Shown in pieces: positions 10,601-23,300 of a DNA stretch of 64,000 nt; positions within the stretch are counted from its first letter, which is position 1; the number at the start of each line of letters is the position of its first letter. Both the position numbers and the translations under genes were made by a program. This DNA is from Octopus sinensis (taxonomy: Eukaryota). The notes beneath the pieces are model-generated. The model was given only the letters and a program-made list of their open reading frames with translations. It was not told the origin of the DNA and searched no databases. The stretch is taken from the NCBI RefSeq assembly GCF_006345805.1, contig NC_043000.1:85560001-85624000 (forward strand), read 5' to 3'.

Positions 10601-13600
10601 CTTCTGGCTATTTTACAAAATAATATTCAGGAATTTTCAGTCTTAAATGTACTCCACATTATTTATATGATATCCTAAATTATTAATATTGCAATGTTTT
10701 ATTCTTTATACATTATTGAAATATTACCAATAAATCCAACTTACTTTGCTTGCACGCTCTGCAGTTGTTTTTCTTTTTCTTGTAGTGCATTGTTGAGATT
10801 GACAATTTGAAGTGCATGCTGAAATAGGAAACATCAGTAACTAAAACTGCCACAAAAAAACCCCCAAAAAAACCAAAAACAAGTGATGAGGAATTATGTA
10901 CATTAGACAGATGTTTGTCCTCATCTTGCTTGTTGTTAACACAATGTTTCGGCTGATATACTCTCCAGCCTTCATCAGGTGTCTTGAGGAAATTTCAAAC
11001 TTGGGTTCTCATTTCTAAGGTATTTTTCAATGTTATTATTATTATTATTATTATTCAGCTTACTGCCTGGAATCGAACTCGGAATCTTGGGGTTAGAAGC
11101 CTGCGCTCTTAACCACTACACCATATGCCCATGGGCAATTAGGGAGTCCATAATTGCCCATAGGCATATGGCGTAGTGGTTAAGAGCGCGGGCTGCTAAC
11201 CCCAAGATTCCAAGTTCGATTCCAGGCAGTGACCTGAATAATAATAATTACATCGAAAAATACCTAAGGAATGAGAACCCAGGTTCAAAATTCCCCAAGA
11301 CACCTGATGAAGACTGGAGGGCATATCAGCCAAAACATGTTAACAACAAACAAGATGAGGACAAATACCCGCCAAATGTAAATAATGTAAAAAAACAAGT
11401 AAACCAAAATCTGAATAAAACAAAAACAATTTTTTAAAAAATCAACATGCTAAAAATACAACTATAATATTTTGTAAATAAAATTATAAGCCTTCAATGT
11501 ATACTGACTATTGAAAATAGTCAATATAAAACCCCATAATGGAAAAAAAATGGGCATTAGTACATGGAATATACAAGGTCTATAAATAAAGTAATGAGAC
11601 TCATCTCATAACATTCGATCTGGTAACACTGTGGGATTCCCCTTCAGTGTTGCCACATCAACGTTCTCTATAACTTCAGTCCAAGCAGCAACCATGTAGT
11701 GTTTGGAAGTGAACCATGAGTGCACATTTTGCAAAGTGATTTTGTTTTGTGTGTTCAGAAAATGAGTAAGCACAGTTATGCACAACACTGTATGATCAAG
11801 TTTTGTTTCAAACTCAGACACAATGCCACTGAAACTTGTGCTAAACTTCAACTTACAAGGAGATTGTTTTATCAGGTTTTCCGATGGTTCAAAGCCTTTT
11901 TAGAAGGCTGAGAATCCTAAAAAATTGACCCTTGGTCAAGAAGGCCATCAATTTCAAGAAATGATAAAAATGTGTAACAAATCAGAGACCTTGTGTAATC
12001 TGACCATTGGTTAACAGTCAGATTGACTACAGAGACACTGAATTTGAACCAAAGTACCATTTATCAAATTTTGACAAACAAACTGAGAATGAAGAAAATT
12101 TCTGTAAACTCTCTCCTGAGCAAAGCAGCAGCAGGAAGTAAATATGCTATGATCTATAATGAATTGAAAATGACCCAGATTTTCTCACAAACATCATTAA
12201 GGGTGATGAATCATGGGTTTTTAAGTATGATCCACAAACAAAATACCAAAATCAGGAGTGGTATACTACTAACTCACCACAGCTGAAAAAAGCAAGAAAG
12301 AGCAAATTGAAAATCAAACAATGCATATTTGCTTTTTTGACAGCAATGGAGTTGTCCATAAGGAATTCATGCCTCAAGAACAGATGTCAATCAGCATTTT
12401 TACCATGAGGTTCTTAAAATTTTGGAAATTTAGAAAATTCCTTCTTAATGGCAACATCATAATAATGATAATTAATTTTCACAATTTGAAAATGTGACAA
12501 AGCCAAATGTGACTCTAAAAAAGCTACCTTTGTTCAAGAGGAAAAAATGCAGCAAGTTGATATATACGTTTGATATGATGTAACAAGGTTTGTAATTAAA
12601 ATAATGAGAATTTGTCAGTAAGAACTATCATTTATAATTAAACTACAAATGAACTCCTTCAAAATAGTTCCCTTGAGAAACCACACAGTGCCTAAGATGT
12701 TTCCACTCTTCACTAGCAGTGCTGGAACTTGGAGACTGGAATGGTCTTAAGCTGGTTGGTTACAGTCATTTTTATGTTTTCCAATATGCCAAAATGATGC
12801 CGTTTGAGGTGAATTTTCAATTTTGGGAAGGGAAAGCAGTCACACAGACTAAGTCCAGGCAAATACAGAGGCTGAGAACAACAGGGCTGCTTTTCCATGC
12901 CAAAAACTCTAATCAAAAGTGCCATATGATAAGGCACATTGTTGTGATGCAGTATCCTGGTGTCATTGATGTTTTGGCCTCACATAAGCAACTTGGCTTT
13001 TTTAGAATCAATAATGTTGGCTCTGTCACATTTTCAAAATGTGAAAATTAATTATCATTATTATGATGTTGTCATTAAGAAGGAATTTTCTAAATTTCCT
13101 AACCCCTTTATACATATCCAGGATTCTATTTCTACAATGTTCTTTCCCACCACCATTACAAAGTCATTTATCATATTAGACTATTGTTAGCCACATACAA
13201 GTTAATCCTATTTATGTGCTTATAATAGAAATACTGTATTTTTAGGTTCATACCAAAATCTTGATAACATTTGGGTCAGCTATAATTATGTCATTATGAG
13301 AAATTATAAGCCTTACCCTTCTCTAGTTCCAATTACCATCAACCACTTGTAACATTGGTTACAAACTGGAAAATAAGTTTTAGCATTATCTAACAGGGAT
13401 TATGTTCTAAGAGTGGAAAAAAGTGCCATAGATAAAATCTTGATAATCTTCATAAACAAATTTTGATGGTAAAAATTAGCTTATTTCACAAAGGAGGACT
13501 AAATGTTAACAGTATCCTAAATGTTTAGGATTCAATATAAACAGTTTGACGATGTAACAGAAGTGAATGGCTAATAGATTTACTAGCAGTACCTACTTGT

Positions 13601-16600
13601 TCTCTAAAATATTACATCTATAATTACAGCCCCTCTTTTATTTCATTACCACACATAATGCACATCAAATTCACAATGCTTAGTGAGAGATATTAAAATC
13701 TTTTAGCCTATAGAGAATATAGGCTAATTAGAGCTACATGGACTGGAAGAATGGTATGGTTGCAGGGAAGGGGATTATTAGAGTTAATTAGTATAATCTG
13801 ATATAGTCTGCAATCAATGACAAAGTATTTTAGAAGGATGTAGTCCGAGAGTGAAAAAAATTTTGTAAAATATGAAGAATGTGAGTTACAACATGGATAG
13901 TGTGGAAAAGTGATGTTTGCTTAAGTGGGAGTGATATAAAAACCAGTGAGCCCAGCCAGTGAAACAGCAGTTGTTGCAGAAAAGTTGAGAAAAATAGGAG
14001 GATATAGCAAGGTAATGAGCAAAATGTTGGAGACAGTCCTTCCTGTCTCCAAAATGTTGGAGACAGATAGTTTGTAAATTACACACACACGCATCTATAT
14101 ATACATACATATACACAAACATATATACAAATACATACACACATATATATACTTACATACACATTACACACACATACATATTACATACACACACACAATT
14201 ACACATGCACAAATACATACACACACACACACAGGAAGCTGATGTGATATAAACCATTAATGAAATGAGCTTAAACTCAGCCATAGGCCCTGAAGAATTC
14301 CCAACAATCCACCTAAAGAAATGCACAGGGGCTCTAGCAAGATCACTACATATCCTCTTCCAGAGCTTCCTTGCAACCAGGAGGTTCCCAGAAAGTTAAT
14401 CAAAGAAATATGTCCTATCCATAAGAGGTATCACAGAGGATGCTTAAAATTATAGACCCGTCTCTCTAACTTTTCATGTCAGCAAAGTCATGAAATGCAT
14501 TGTCAGGAGGAAATTGATCATGGTCCTAGAAGAAACCCAGTATTGCTTCTGCTCAGGATGAAGCTGCCTTACACAGCTTTAGCTGTATTATAACTGGGGA
14601 CTGAAACAACTAATGAATCACTCAAATGTGGATATGATATACTTTGATTTTGCAACAGCTTTTGATAAGGTTGATCATGGGATGATATGTCACAAGCTAC
14701 GGAGACTTGGCATAATGAGAAAATTGGCAGAGGGGTTACATGACTTCTTAAAAGAAGGAAACCAGGTTGTGGCAGCTAATGGAGCCTTCTCCAAGGAGAC
14801 AATAATAGAGAGTGAAGTGCCTCAGGGAACTGTCTTGGGATCGCTACTGTTTATGGTAGCTCTTTCAAACATGCCATCAGTTACACAGACAGTTGCACTT
14901 ACTAGCTATGCTGACAACACAAAAGTAGTGCAAGCAGTCAAGAAATCTTTTGATGTTAATCTCCTACAAAAAGACCTAGATGCCATATATAAATGGGCTG
15001 AAGAAGACAACATGCAATTTAATGCAAGGAAATTGCTATCAGCTAGTTTGTGCTAACATGCCATAACAATGATACTTTGGACCAAAAGAAGTGGCAATCC
15101 CAGAGTCAAGTACAGTAGGTAATCTGGGGATTGATATGATCAACAATGCCTCATTTCCTGTGCACATGACCAAGATGGTCGCAATGTGCAGGCAAATAGT
15201 CAGACGGATTCTGGGAACTTTCAGAATATGGGACCTGGAGTTCTCAGCCATCTGGACTACTGCTCTCAACTGTGATCCTCCTACAGGGTTAAATTAATAG
15301 CAGAACTTGTGGCAGTTCAGTAGTGCTACACCAGGAAGATCAATGGAACAGCTGAGCTATTGGGAGAGACTGAAAGGAGTGGCTTCAATGGGCATGCAAG
15401 CGGCAAAGAGATCAATAACTATACTATTTCAAATCACTTATCGAAATAAGTTGATAGATAATACTGGCATTGAGTACATGTAATAATTATAGATATGCTG
15501 TAGCTACGATTTCACATTAAGGTCGTTGAAACCAAGCTAATAACTTGTCAGTTAAGTAACATAAAAGACAAACCTCAGAGCAGCAGAAAACCATAAAACT
15601 GTCATCACCTTTTTGTCTCATTCCACCCAACTTAAGTACCACAGGTATACACATATATTGGTATTAACACTAAAAAGTAATTTTACTGCTTCCATTTCTA
15701 ATAATTAATTTTTAATAAGCCTGCCGGCTATTTGTGACATCAGCATCTGAAAAGATGCTGATATTCTATATATCATAGCAGTGAGATCTGGCTGCATGTA
15801 GCGACCAGTGCTTCCCACTGAGGAAGACCAATAGACAGAAATCATATTATGGGAATTCCGGCATTCCTGGCAGATGAATTTCATCTGCTATGATCTATGT
15901 GTGTGCTTTTATGCACCAGGCGCCTATATGAAAGGGTCTCTCAAGGCTAATAATGCAGTATTCAGTGTTCTAACAGGACATTCATGTTAAGTTGGATATA
16001 AAAATTGTTTTGGTATAAATACTGTTTCCATCACAAATAATTGTCATATATATATATTATATATAAAAAATACAAAATGGGACAAGAACACAAAACATCC
16101 AGACAGTTAGGTGATACAAAAAAGGGACAACAAAACATCCACATAGACAATACAAAGAAAACAAGGACGGGTCATTCAGAGTTTTCATTCCTCAGTCGAG
16201 TTCCAGATTATCTTTGCAATTTCAGCTGGTTATACTTAAGATTGTTCCAATCTGGCCAGCCCCAAGGAAAAACCTAGCTAAAAGCATTAGATTCTTGGAA
16301 GAAAGCAGTGAATGTATACAAAAATAAGGATGGAAAAAATGGAGAATGTTACACAAATACAAATAACAGGACATAACAGGTGTCTTTCGACTAAGGACGA
16401 ATTAAATTAAGCTGGCGTGTGTGTGGAAGTAAAGCCTTACGGCAGGGATACAAGATTTCACAGGCACAGGGAGGAATATAGATGTTGTATGGATGGCAGC
16501 AGAACCAAGAGAGAAAGGTTAGGCTTGGCCGAACACTGGTCATGTGGGGAGAGAAGAGAGAGAGGTAGAGGCAGATGAATAGAAGAAATAAGGAGAGGCA

Positions 16601-17355
16601 ACAAAAATGACAGGGACAACCAGTTTCAGCTTGAGAACTACAGCCATGCTACAGGCACCACCTTTGCTACACCTTCACTACTTAAAACATATGTGGCTTT
16701 TGGTGAATGAGGGAGTTTGATGCTGCTGCCCTCTTCTACATTCTCTGCCATGCAGCAGGCTCATACTTGAGAGGAGGAGATCTAGTTTTGTTCTGAAGAC
16801 ACCTACATCCACAAGATGCAGGCCTCTCAGGCTTTTTGGGAGGATACTGAAGAACTGAGTCCTTGAAACCCAAACTGTTGCAGTATGTGGTCATCTATCT
16901 TGATAGCGATGTTGAGATCTTGGGCACTATGCAGTGGTACCTAGTTTTGCTGTATCTGTAACTCAATGCCAAAGGTTTTATATATATGTATGCATGTGTG
17001 TGTAGAAATAACTTGCAACATCTCTAGTGCCAAGCTGTATCAGCCTTTGCCTTCCCATTGGATAACATCAGTGGTGTGAAGAGGGGAGGCTGGTATGTAT
17101 GGGCAACTGCTGATCTTCCATAAACAACATTGTCCAAACTTGTCTTGCACTAAGTGAGAGCGAATAGCTTAGTGGTTAGGGTGTTGCGCTCACAATCTAG
17201 CGAGCAGTTTCTAGACCAGGTAATGCATTGTGTTCTTGAGCAAAACACTTCATCTCACGTTGCACTGTGATCATTTCATCACAAACAAATCATTTGTGCA
17301 GGTTGTTTGGCGAAAGCAGAACGTTCAGGTCATCTTCAATGGGAGAGTTTCCAGC

Positions 17356-17399
<44 letters not shown>

Positions 17400-20300
17400 C
17401 AGTGTGTGGCAAGGTTTCAACAAGTAGAATAGCACTCCAATCAACTAAGAGAGTAAAATAATGTTAAAATGACAACCACAAGTTTTGCAAAATACAACTA
17501 CCCAGAGTTTTCTGGTGAAAATTTTATGTTGCTTTTTATCAAGATGATAAGAACAAGTCTATATGCCAGCTACTTTCAAAGCAGATGATGTTTGAACAGG
17601 AATGCTAAGCTGCTTTCAAAGCAGATAATGTCTGAACAAGAAATGCTTAAAAGGAAAGCAACAAAAAAAACATAAGAAAACACAGGAGAAATAACAAATG
17701 TTACAACAAACATGTTAAAAATATGTAATGAGATGGGAGTGGTTTAATGTGTTTTTAAATTCCACTAAAATGTATTTCTTTAATGCAGACATGAAGAAAA
17801 AAAACCTAATTCCTGGAATTTAAGCAGTGTAAGAGGCTCTTAAATTCTTTAATAGATATTTTCCGAGATAACATATCAAACATCTTTTTGACCTGTTAAT
17901 ATTGTATTTAGCTTTGGAAAAGAATTTCCACTTGTAGTTAATCGCTTCCTCTTTAGGCTTCCAGATTAATGCTGAGAGTGTTGTTGCATGTCACTTCCCA
18001 GGATGCCTGAAGGTTGAAAGACAGTTATCATCATCATTTAACATCATAATATCTGGATTAAATTTTCCTTCCACTGATCCAATATAACACTTGATCTCTG
18101 AACATTGTTATAATTAGCTGATACCCAATCTTCATAAGCAACAGAAGATATATTGCATTCCTACCCTAGAAGATATTTAGATTTATTTCTACAAGTGTTT
18201 CTTTACATTAGGAGGTTATCTTGTGGATTATCAGCTAATTCATTGCTTATTTCTAAGTTCCAGTTTACTTGCTAAGAAAACAATACTACATACATTTCAA
18301 TTTAGAACATATTGTGGCTTTCATCAAAGAAAAAAATTCACCTTGGAATACATTTTCTATACCAGATTACCTTGAACAGAAACAGTTTATAATAAATTAA
18401 CTTAAGATTGATATCGTCATCATCATCATCGATTAATGTCTGTTTTCCATCCTGGCATGGGTTGGATGGTTTCACAGAGGTATGGAGAGCCAGTGGTTGC
18501 ACCAGGCTCTAATCTGATCTGGTAATATTTCTACAGCTGGATGTCCTTCCTAATGCTAACCACTCTGAGAGTGTAGTGGGTGCTTTTTATGTGCCACCAG
18601 CATGGGGGCCAGTCAGGTGGTCCTGGCATAGATCATGTTCGGATAGTGCTTTTATGTGCCACCGGCACGGGAGCCAGTCAGGGGTTACTGGCATCAGCTA
18701 CGTTCAGATGGTGCTTTCTACATGCCACCCGCACAGGAGCCAGTCAGGCGGACCTGGCATGGAGCATGTTCAGATGGTGCTTTTACGTTCCACCAGCATG
18801 GGAGCCAGGCAGGGGGCACTGGCCACAGCTACGATTTTGGTTTTACTTGACTCAACAGGTCTTCTCAAGTATATCATATCACCCAATGCATCAGGGGTAC
18901 TCTTAACTGGGCCAGACATGCAACACTGGCATAGGCCATGGCTGCAATCTCACTTTAGTTGACGGGTCTTCTCAGTCACAGCATGTCTCCCAAGTCTCGG
19001 TCTTCTGTCATTGCTTTTGTGAGGCCCAATGTTCGAAGGTCATGCTTCACCACCTCATCCCATGTCTTCCTGGCTCTACCTTTTTCACAGGTTCCTTCAA
19101 CAGTTAGGGAGTGGCACTTTCTCACACAGCTGTCCTCATCCATACATAACACGTGACCATACCAGTGCAGTAGTCTCCCTTGCACACCACATTTGATGCT
19201 TCTTATGCCCAACTTTTCTTTCAGGGCACTTACACTCTGTTGTGTATGCACACTGACATTACATATCCAGTAGATCATACTAGCTTCATTTCTTTCAAGC
19301 CTACACGTCCTCAGCAGTCATGGCCCATGTTTCACTGCCATGTAGCATGGCAGTTTGCACACATGCATCATACAGTCTACCTTTCATCCTGACTGAGAGG
19401 CACTTAGTTGCCAGCAGAGGTAGGAGCTATTTTCTATCTGGAGCCATGTAAAGGAAAAGAAACCCAGTACATTCTTAGGTGGCTGGTTTTAGGAAGGGTA
19501 TCCAGCTGTAGAAATCCTACCAAAAAAGACATTGGAGCATGACACAGCACTCAGACCCGTCAGATCATGTCAGATTGTTCAACTCATGCCAGTATGGAAG
19601 ATGGACATTAAATGATATGAGCTTTCTCTATTCTACATTACATTTTGATTTGGGAGATTATTCATTAACAGAAAAATTACTTTCCTTGCATTCAATGAGT
19701 GCAAACATGGTTATGTGATTAAAAGTTTGCTTACAATAATGGTTTTGGGTTCTACCTCAAAATCTAGCAGCTTCATGGCCTTGAGTCAATCAAAAGCTTG
19801 TAGGTAAAATTGGGTAGGTAGAAACAATGTGGAAGGCCATCAAAAGCAGATAAACCTAATCCATCGCCTAGTTTTACGCAACCATCTGGCCCTGGTGGAG
19901 GGGTAGGTAGCAAAGTCTACTGTAATGCAAGCTTCTGGGCTAGGTTTCCAACCTATGGATACCAGTTTTTTACCAGCCTCAAGATTCTGAAAAGACAGGT
20001 GAAAGACAATACCTTTCCTCTAACCAAGTAAATAAAATTAAAGTTTTAATCACATTACCGATCAGACTATCAGATGCTGTTACACATTGCTGGTCACAAT
20101 GTGCTATGTACTGTTTTAGCCTTCAAATGACACCAACCCGCTGGCTAGGCAAGCACCGCCCCTCCACCCCACCACTTGATCAAGAGTGGAGACTGGAGTA
20201 ACATGAAATGAAGTGTTTTGCTCAAGAACACAATGCACCCATGATCTAGTGAATGTGAGTGCAACAGCCTAACCACTAGGCTATGCACATTCACAAAAAA

Positions 20301-23300
20301 GTTTTAATATATTGCTTTATATTAACTGTAGGCATTCTCACAGATAGGATGCAGTTAAAGCAGACTTCTATCAGCTTGATTGGGAATTAACAGGTAACTC
20401 AAATGCTAAAAGATTTCGTTAGGTATCAATGTTGATAATTCTGGAAATATGGTTTCAAGGAATATAGCAAAAATAACCTCAGCAATTTGTCGATGGGATT
20501 CTGTAAGCTCTTCCTGCTTTTTAAACAGTTTTTGATCAGAAATTTGATTTTTGTCACCACTGAAATGGAAGAAAAAATTATAAGGTAAAAAAAAAAGAAG
20601 AAAAACAGAACATTTAAAATTAAGATTTAATATATAAATATACATTATATAACAAACTGAAATTTTTTCTAAATACATTTATCATCAAGTAATGCTCTAA
20701 TAATCAAATTCTAGAGATAGAGTCAGTGATGGATGTTGTGAAGAGAAACAGAAGGAGATGATTGGCTTGTGTCTTGGGGAACAATGAAAGTAACTGGGTG
20801 ACAGGAGGGATGGAAATGATTGAAAGAAATTAGAGGTAAAACAAATTTCTCAATTCCTATCTACAGTACATCCCTGCTGTCCCAGGATGTACATCCTACT
20901 CAAATTTCAGTTCAAAAGGTGGTGTCTGCTCACATATAAACTCCATTCCTCCGATCTTTGAACTATCTCACCTGGATTCAGCAATTATGACTTCTAGCTC
21001 ACCTGGCTCAAAGTTGTTTTCTCTCACTTCTCAAAATATATCTGCTTTTTCTATCATTCTCTTAATTCCTCAAATGATAGCTACCCTTTGACCATACCTC
21101 CTCCTGCATTGAGAGCATGTATTTCACCTATCTTCTCTCCAAAGTCACCATTCTTTATGACTTCAACACTTACAACTCCTCATGGCTCTTGCATTCACCA
21201 CACACCAATGCTGCTGGTGCAGAATCCAAACCCTTTGCTACTCTCAACACTTTACACTAACTTGTTTCATCATCTACTCACACTGTTGATCTCTTTTACA
21301 CCACAAAGCCCATCTCAACTAAATAATAATGGCTTCAAAAGCAGTACTCCTATGGAGAAAGCCTCCACTGCTCACTTTGCAGCCAACTCCACACAGCACA
21401 CACTTTGCCAATCCCTTCCAAATCTACCTTGTTCCACTCTACCAGATTCCCCACAATGCATACACACATGCTAAATGCAGAAATACTCTGAACTTTTTTA
21501 AATAAACAAAGCCACTAGCACTGTCATTTCCATTAAACTCAAATTTTACAGCCCTGAACTTGTTTCTATACTTGTGAAACTCGTTAATCTCTTGTTCTCT
21601 AGAGATATACCTTGACATTTAGAAGCATGCCACAATGTGTCCCATTCCAAAAAAAGGCAAACCCTTCTGACATAATCAACTATTATCCTATTTCTTTCTC
21701 CCACCAAATATCTCTAAAGTAATGGAGACAGTCATTAACAATGATGTCTCAATCACCACAAATTTCTTTCTCCACTCAGTAATCACCAGTATGGTTTCCA
21801 TAGACCCAGTACCACTTGTGGCATACAGTCTTATGTCACTCACCAGTGGAATTTCACTTTAGAGAAATTCATTAAAAGCAATGTTGTAGCCCTATTACAT
21901 TAGTAAAGCTTTCAACCATGTCTGGCAAACTGCCTGCCCATAGGCTCCATTCAACTCTCATCTCTTGGATCAGTGCTTTCCAATCAGATCACACCATTTG
22001 AGTATGCATTGATTTAAGCTCTTTCTGCTCCCACTCTCAATCAACTGTGGTGTTCCTCAGGATTCAGTTTTGTATTCCACTCTCCTCCTTCTTTACATTA
22101 ACGACCTTATGTTTCACCACATCCAACATAGCTGCCTTCAGTTTCCACCACAATCTCAAGACAGCTCCAGAATCTGGCACATGTGTTCCTTGCTGTGTAC
22201 CCAAGAAGATCTTTGAACACCTCCAAGATCTTGATCACCAGCTTGGCTTTGCTGTTGCAGATAGAGCAGTTAGTGTCTTTTCCAACTGCTCCCCACACAT
22301 AGTAATCTATGAGATTACAATAAGGAGAATTAAGAGGCCAGAAACTAGGACTAGTGAAATCATTGAAATTCTCTAACAACCACTTCTAACTCTTTCCAGA
22401 CATATGGCAAGGAGCCAAATTCTGCTGTCACACATACAGCCTTACAACAGTAACCCTCTCCAGCCAGAGTTTGACTATAGTCTTCAGTAGCTTCACATAG
22501 CCTCTGAACTAAGCCTAAGGCCCTGTTCTAAAGTGTGGGGCAGTTTAACATCACTCTTACTGAAGATACACCCAAAGACCACCATAGTTTGAGGGAACTT
22601 AGTTTTCAAGGTATGTGAGATATCACATGGATTGTAGGCAAGCCACCTGTTGTTCTAGGTGTTGTGCAAGTGGTTCTGGCAGAAGTTCTTTTCATCTGAA
22701 AAGAACCATATGATCTCCAGCTCAACAGGATGCCTCAGCTTGTTCAAGAATTTCTCTGCTTTCCATTAAGCAGTTCTCCTTGGCTTTGGCTGTCAGAATT
22801 TGTCCCTTGAACATCTTGTACGAGTGGTAGCAAAGAGCCAGTTTCATGGTAGCAACTTCAACACACATCCCTCTCACTAAAGCCCAGATTTCCTTGCTCA
22901 AATCTTCTATCACGTTGCCCTGTAGTTGTTGGATGAATTCCAGCATGTGGATACAGTCAAAATACCTGCTGCATCCATTCCTGCTAACCATGGCTTCATA
23001 GTCTCTGTTACAGATGACCATCTCACATCTTTCAGCCTTTACTGTGTTCCCAAAGCATTGAGCAGCAAGTATGATTTGGCATTTTGATACCCAATACAAA
23101 TCATCATGATATAGGTCACTCTTTTCTAATATTCAGATAGCTTCCAGTCCCCCATATCAGCTAAATTTTTCTCAACTACAACTTTAACCTTTATGCTCTC
23201 TAACATCATTGACTGTCACCAATATACCAAGCTGTTCCTGAAAACAGGAGACATAAATCATCAGATTTAGCCTGAACACCCTGGACATAGTTTCAATGAC

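Noticed and set aside
11160-11235. tRNA gene (A and B boxes, cloverleaf-like head); likewise 30770-30842, 42135 and 50870
   Set aside because: No paired acceptor stem, and each head continues into a repeated SINE body. These are tRNA-derived SINE heads. tRNAscan-SE would be expected to score them as pseudogenes.
16150-16215. Hammerhead-like CTGAGGA...GAAT on the minus strand of the PLE-like fragment
   Set aside because: The second core box is GAAT, and I could not pair stem I.
16843-16885. Hammerhead-like CTGAAGA...GAAAC
   Set aside because: No convincing stem I, II or III could be formed.
17570-17650. Two ~40-bp tandem direct repeats
   Set aside because: An ordinary diverged local duplication with no further structure.
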